From: Entomortierella parvispora E1425
Taxonomy: Eukaryota; Fungi; Mortierellomycota
Length of the DNA stretch: 64,000 nt
Reading direction: 5' to 3'
Assembly: GCA_020891255.1 (NCBI GenBank)
Contig: BQFW01000015.1
Location: 1,984,001 to 2,048,000 of the forward strand
This document shows, piece after piece, positions 63,096 through 64,000 of the stretch (positions within the stretch are counted from its first letter, which is position 1; every line of letters starts with the position of its first letter). Position numbers and translations under genes: made by a program. The notes beneath the pieces were generated by a model that saw only the letters and a program-made list of their open reading frames with translations, did not search any database and was not told the origin of the DNA.

Positions 63096-64000
63096 TTATC
63101 CAGATCCACCAGAGTAGGCCTTTCCGAAGAAGATGACCTGGAGCTGATCGTATCCAGACAAGACACCGGCACCAGCGATGGCACGGAGAACGTTGGCACC
63201 AGCACCCTTGAAGAGGGACTTGTAACCCTCCTTCTGGACAATCTGTCTGAAGGCATCGGCCGAGGACTTGTACTTGACGGCCTCACCAGAGGTCATCATC
63301 ATTCTGCGGCGGACAGTATCAACGGGGTAAGAAGCAAGACCAGCCAAGTTGGTGACACCGAATCCGAGAATGAAAGAAGCGAGGAAAGAGCCCTGGAGGG
63401 ACTGGGGCAACAAGGGCTTGACGGAATCATAGAGACCAAAGTACCTGAGAAAGAAGAAAAAAGAAGACCAAAGAGACAGATCACGTTAGCGCAAGTTTGA
63501 TAAACAACCACAAGAGAAAACGTAAACAAAAATAACAGGGGGTGGCAAGCCAAGCGATGGAAGGGGATGGACCAAAAAAGCGACAGGACTGGCGAGCAAG
63601 TTCCATCAGCAATGATTGGGAACGAACGTGATGTCCGGATCAAATGAAAGGAGAAAGACACTTACAATCCACGGTAAATGATGATACCGAAAGCAGAGAG
63701 AGGGAAACCACGGTAAAGACCAGCAATACCATCGGTGGCAATGGTCTTCTTGTAGACATCAATGAGACCGTTGAACTGACGGGTACCACCGTTCTTGCCC
63801 TTGGCATCGTTGGCCAAACGGGTACGGGCGTAGTCCAAAGAGTAGACGAAGAGGAGGGAGCAGGCACCAGCGGCACCACCGGAGGCGATGTTACCGGCGA
63901 ACCACTTGGCATAGCCATCGCGCTCCTTCTTGAAGTTGAACATGGCCTTGAAGTAATCCTTGAAGGCAAAGTTCAAAGCCTGGGTGGGGAAGTAACGGAT
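63096..64000 (-). CDS. AAC: Mitochondrial ADP/ATP carrier, 3' part (5' end outside the window)
   Basis: [54 protein letters not shown] (RRRMMM signature), [10 protein letters not shown]. Confidence 0.98.

Noticed and set aside
47158-64000. Apparent grouping of mitochondrial genes (MIP1, dioxygenase, ADP/ATP carrier)
   Set aside because: Interrupted by unrelated genes, and mitochondrial proteins are common enough for this to be chance.

Overview
Eukaryotic, intron-rich fungal genomic window with short GT-AG introns, many microsatellites and long homopolymers. The style is Mortierellaceae-like, but that is an inference and was not checked against a database. About 19 protein-coding genes are recognisable by spliced translation: alanyl-tRNA synthetase (partial), RPC31, tRNase Z, GH89 alpha-N-acetylglucosaminidase, an SDR, COG7, an orphan 454-aa disordered protein, a CBS/PB1 (Mug70-like) protein, HEM12, METTL16, SWC4, UTP20, a three-finger C2H2 factor, ELF1, MIP1, a gamma-butyrobetaine-type dioxygenase, WDR81, a WW-domain FNBP4-like protein and an ADP/ATP carrier (partial). 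No tRNA, rRNA, CRISPR array or intact transposon was recognised. Best leads: (1) the orphan at 20861-22225 carries KEN, D-box and ABBA motifs plus 14 S/T-P sites, the signature of an APC/C pseudosubstrate inhibitor or securin-like regulator; (2) a ~5 kb gene-free stretch (6.6-12 kb) with degenerate duplications and a recurring 12-mer; (3) a signal-peptide-like N-terminal extension on HEM12; (4) a nested-hairpin ncRNA candidate near 23 kb; (5) a GC-AG intron and microexons. Exon boundaries were read by eye and some starts are uncertain.
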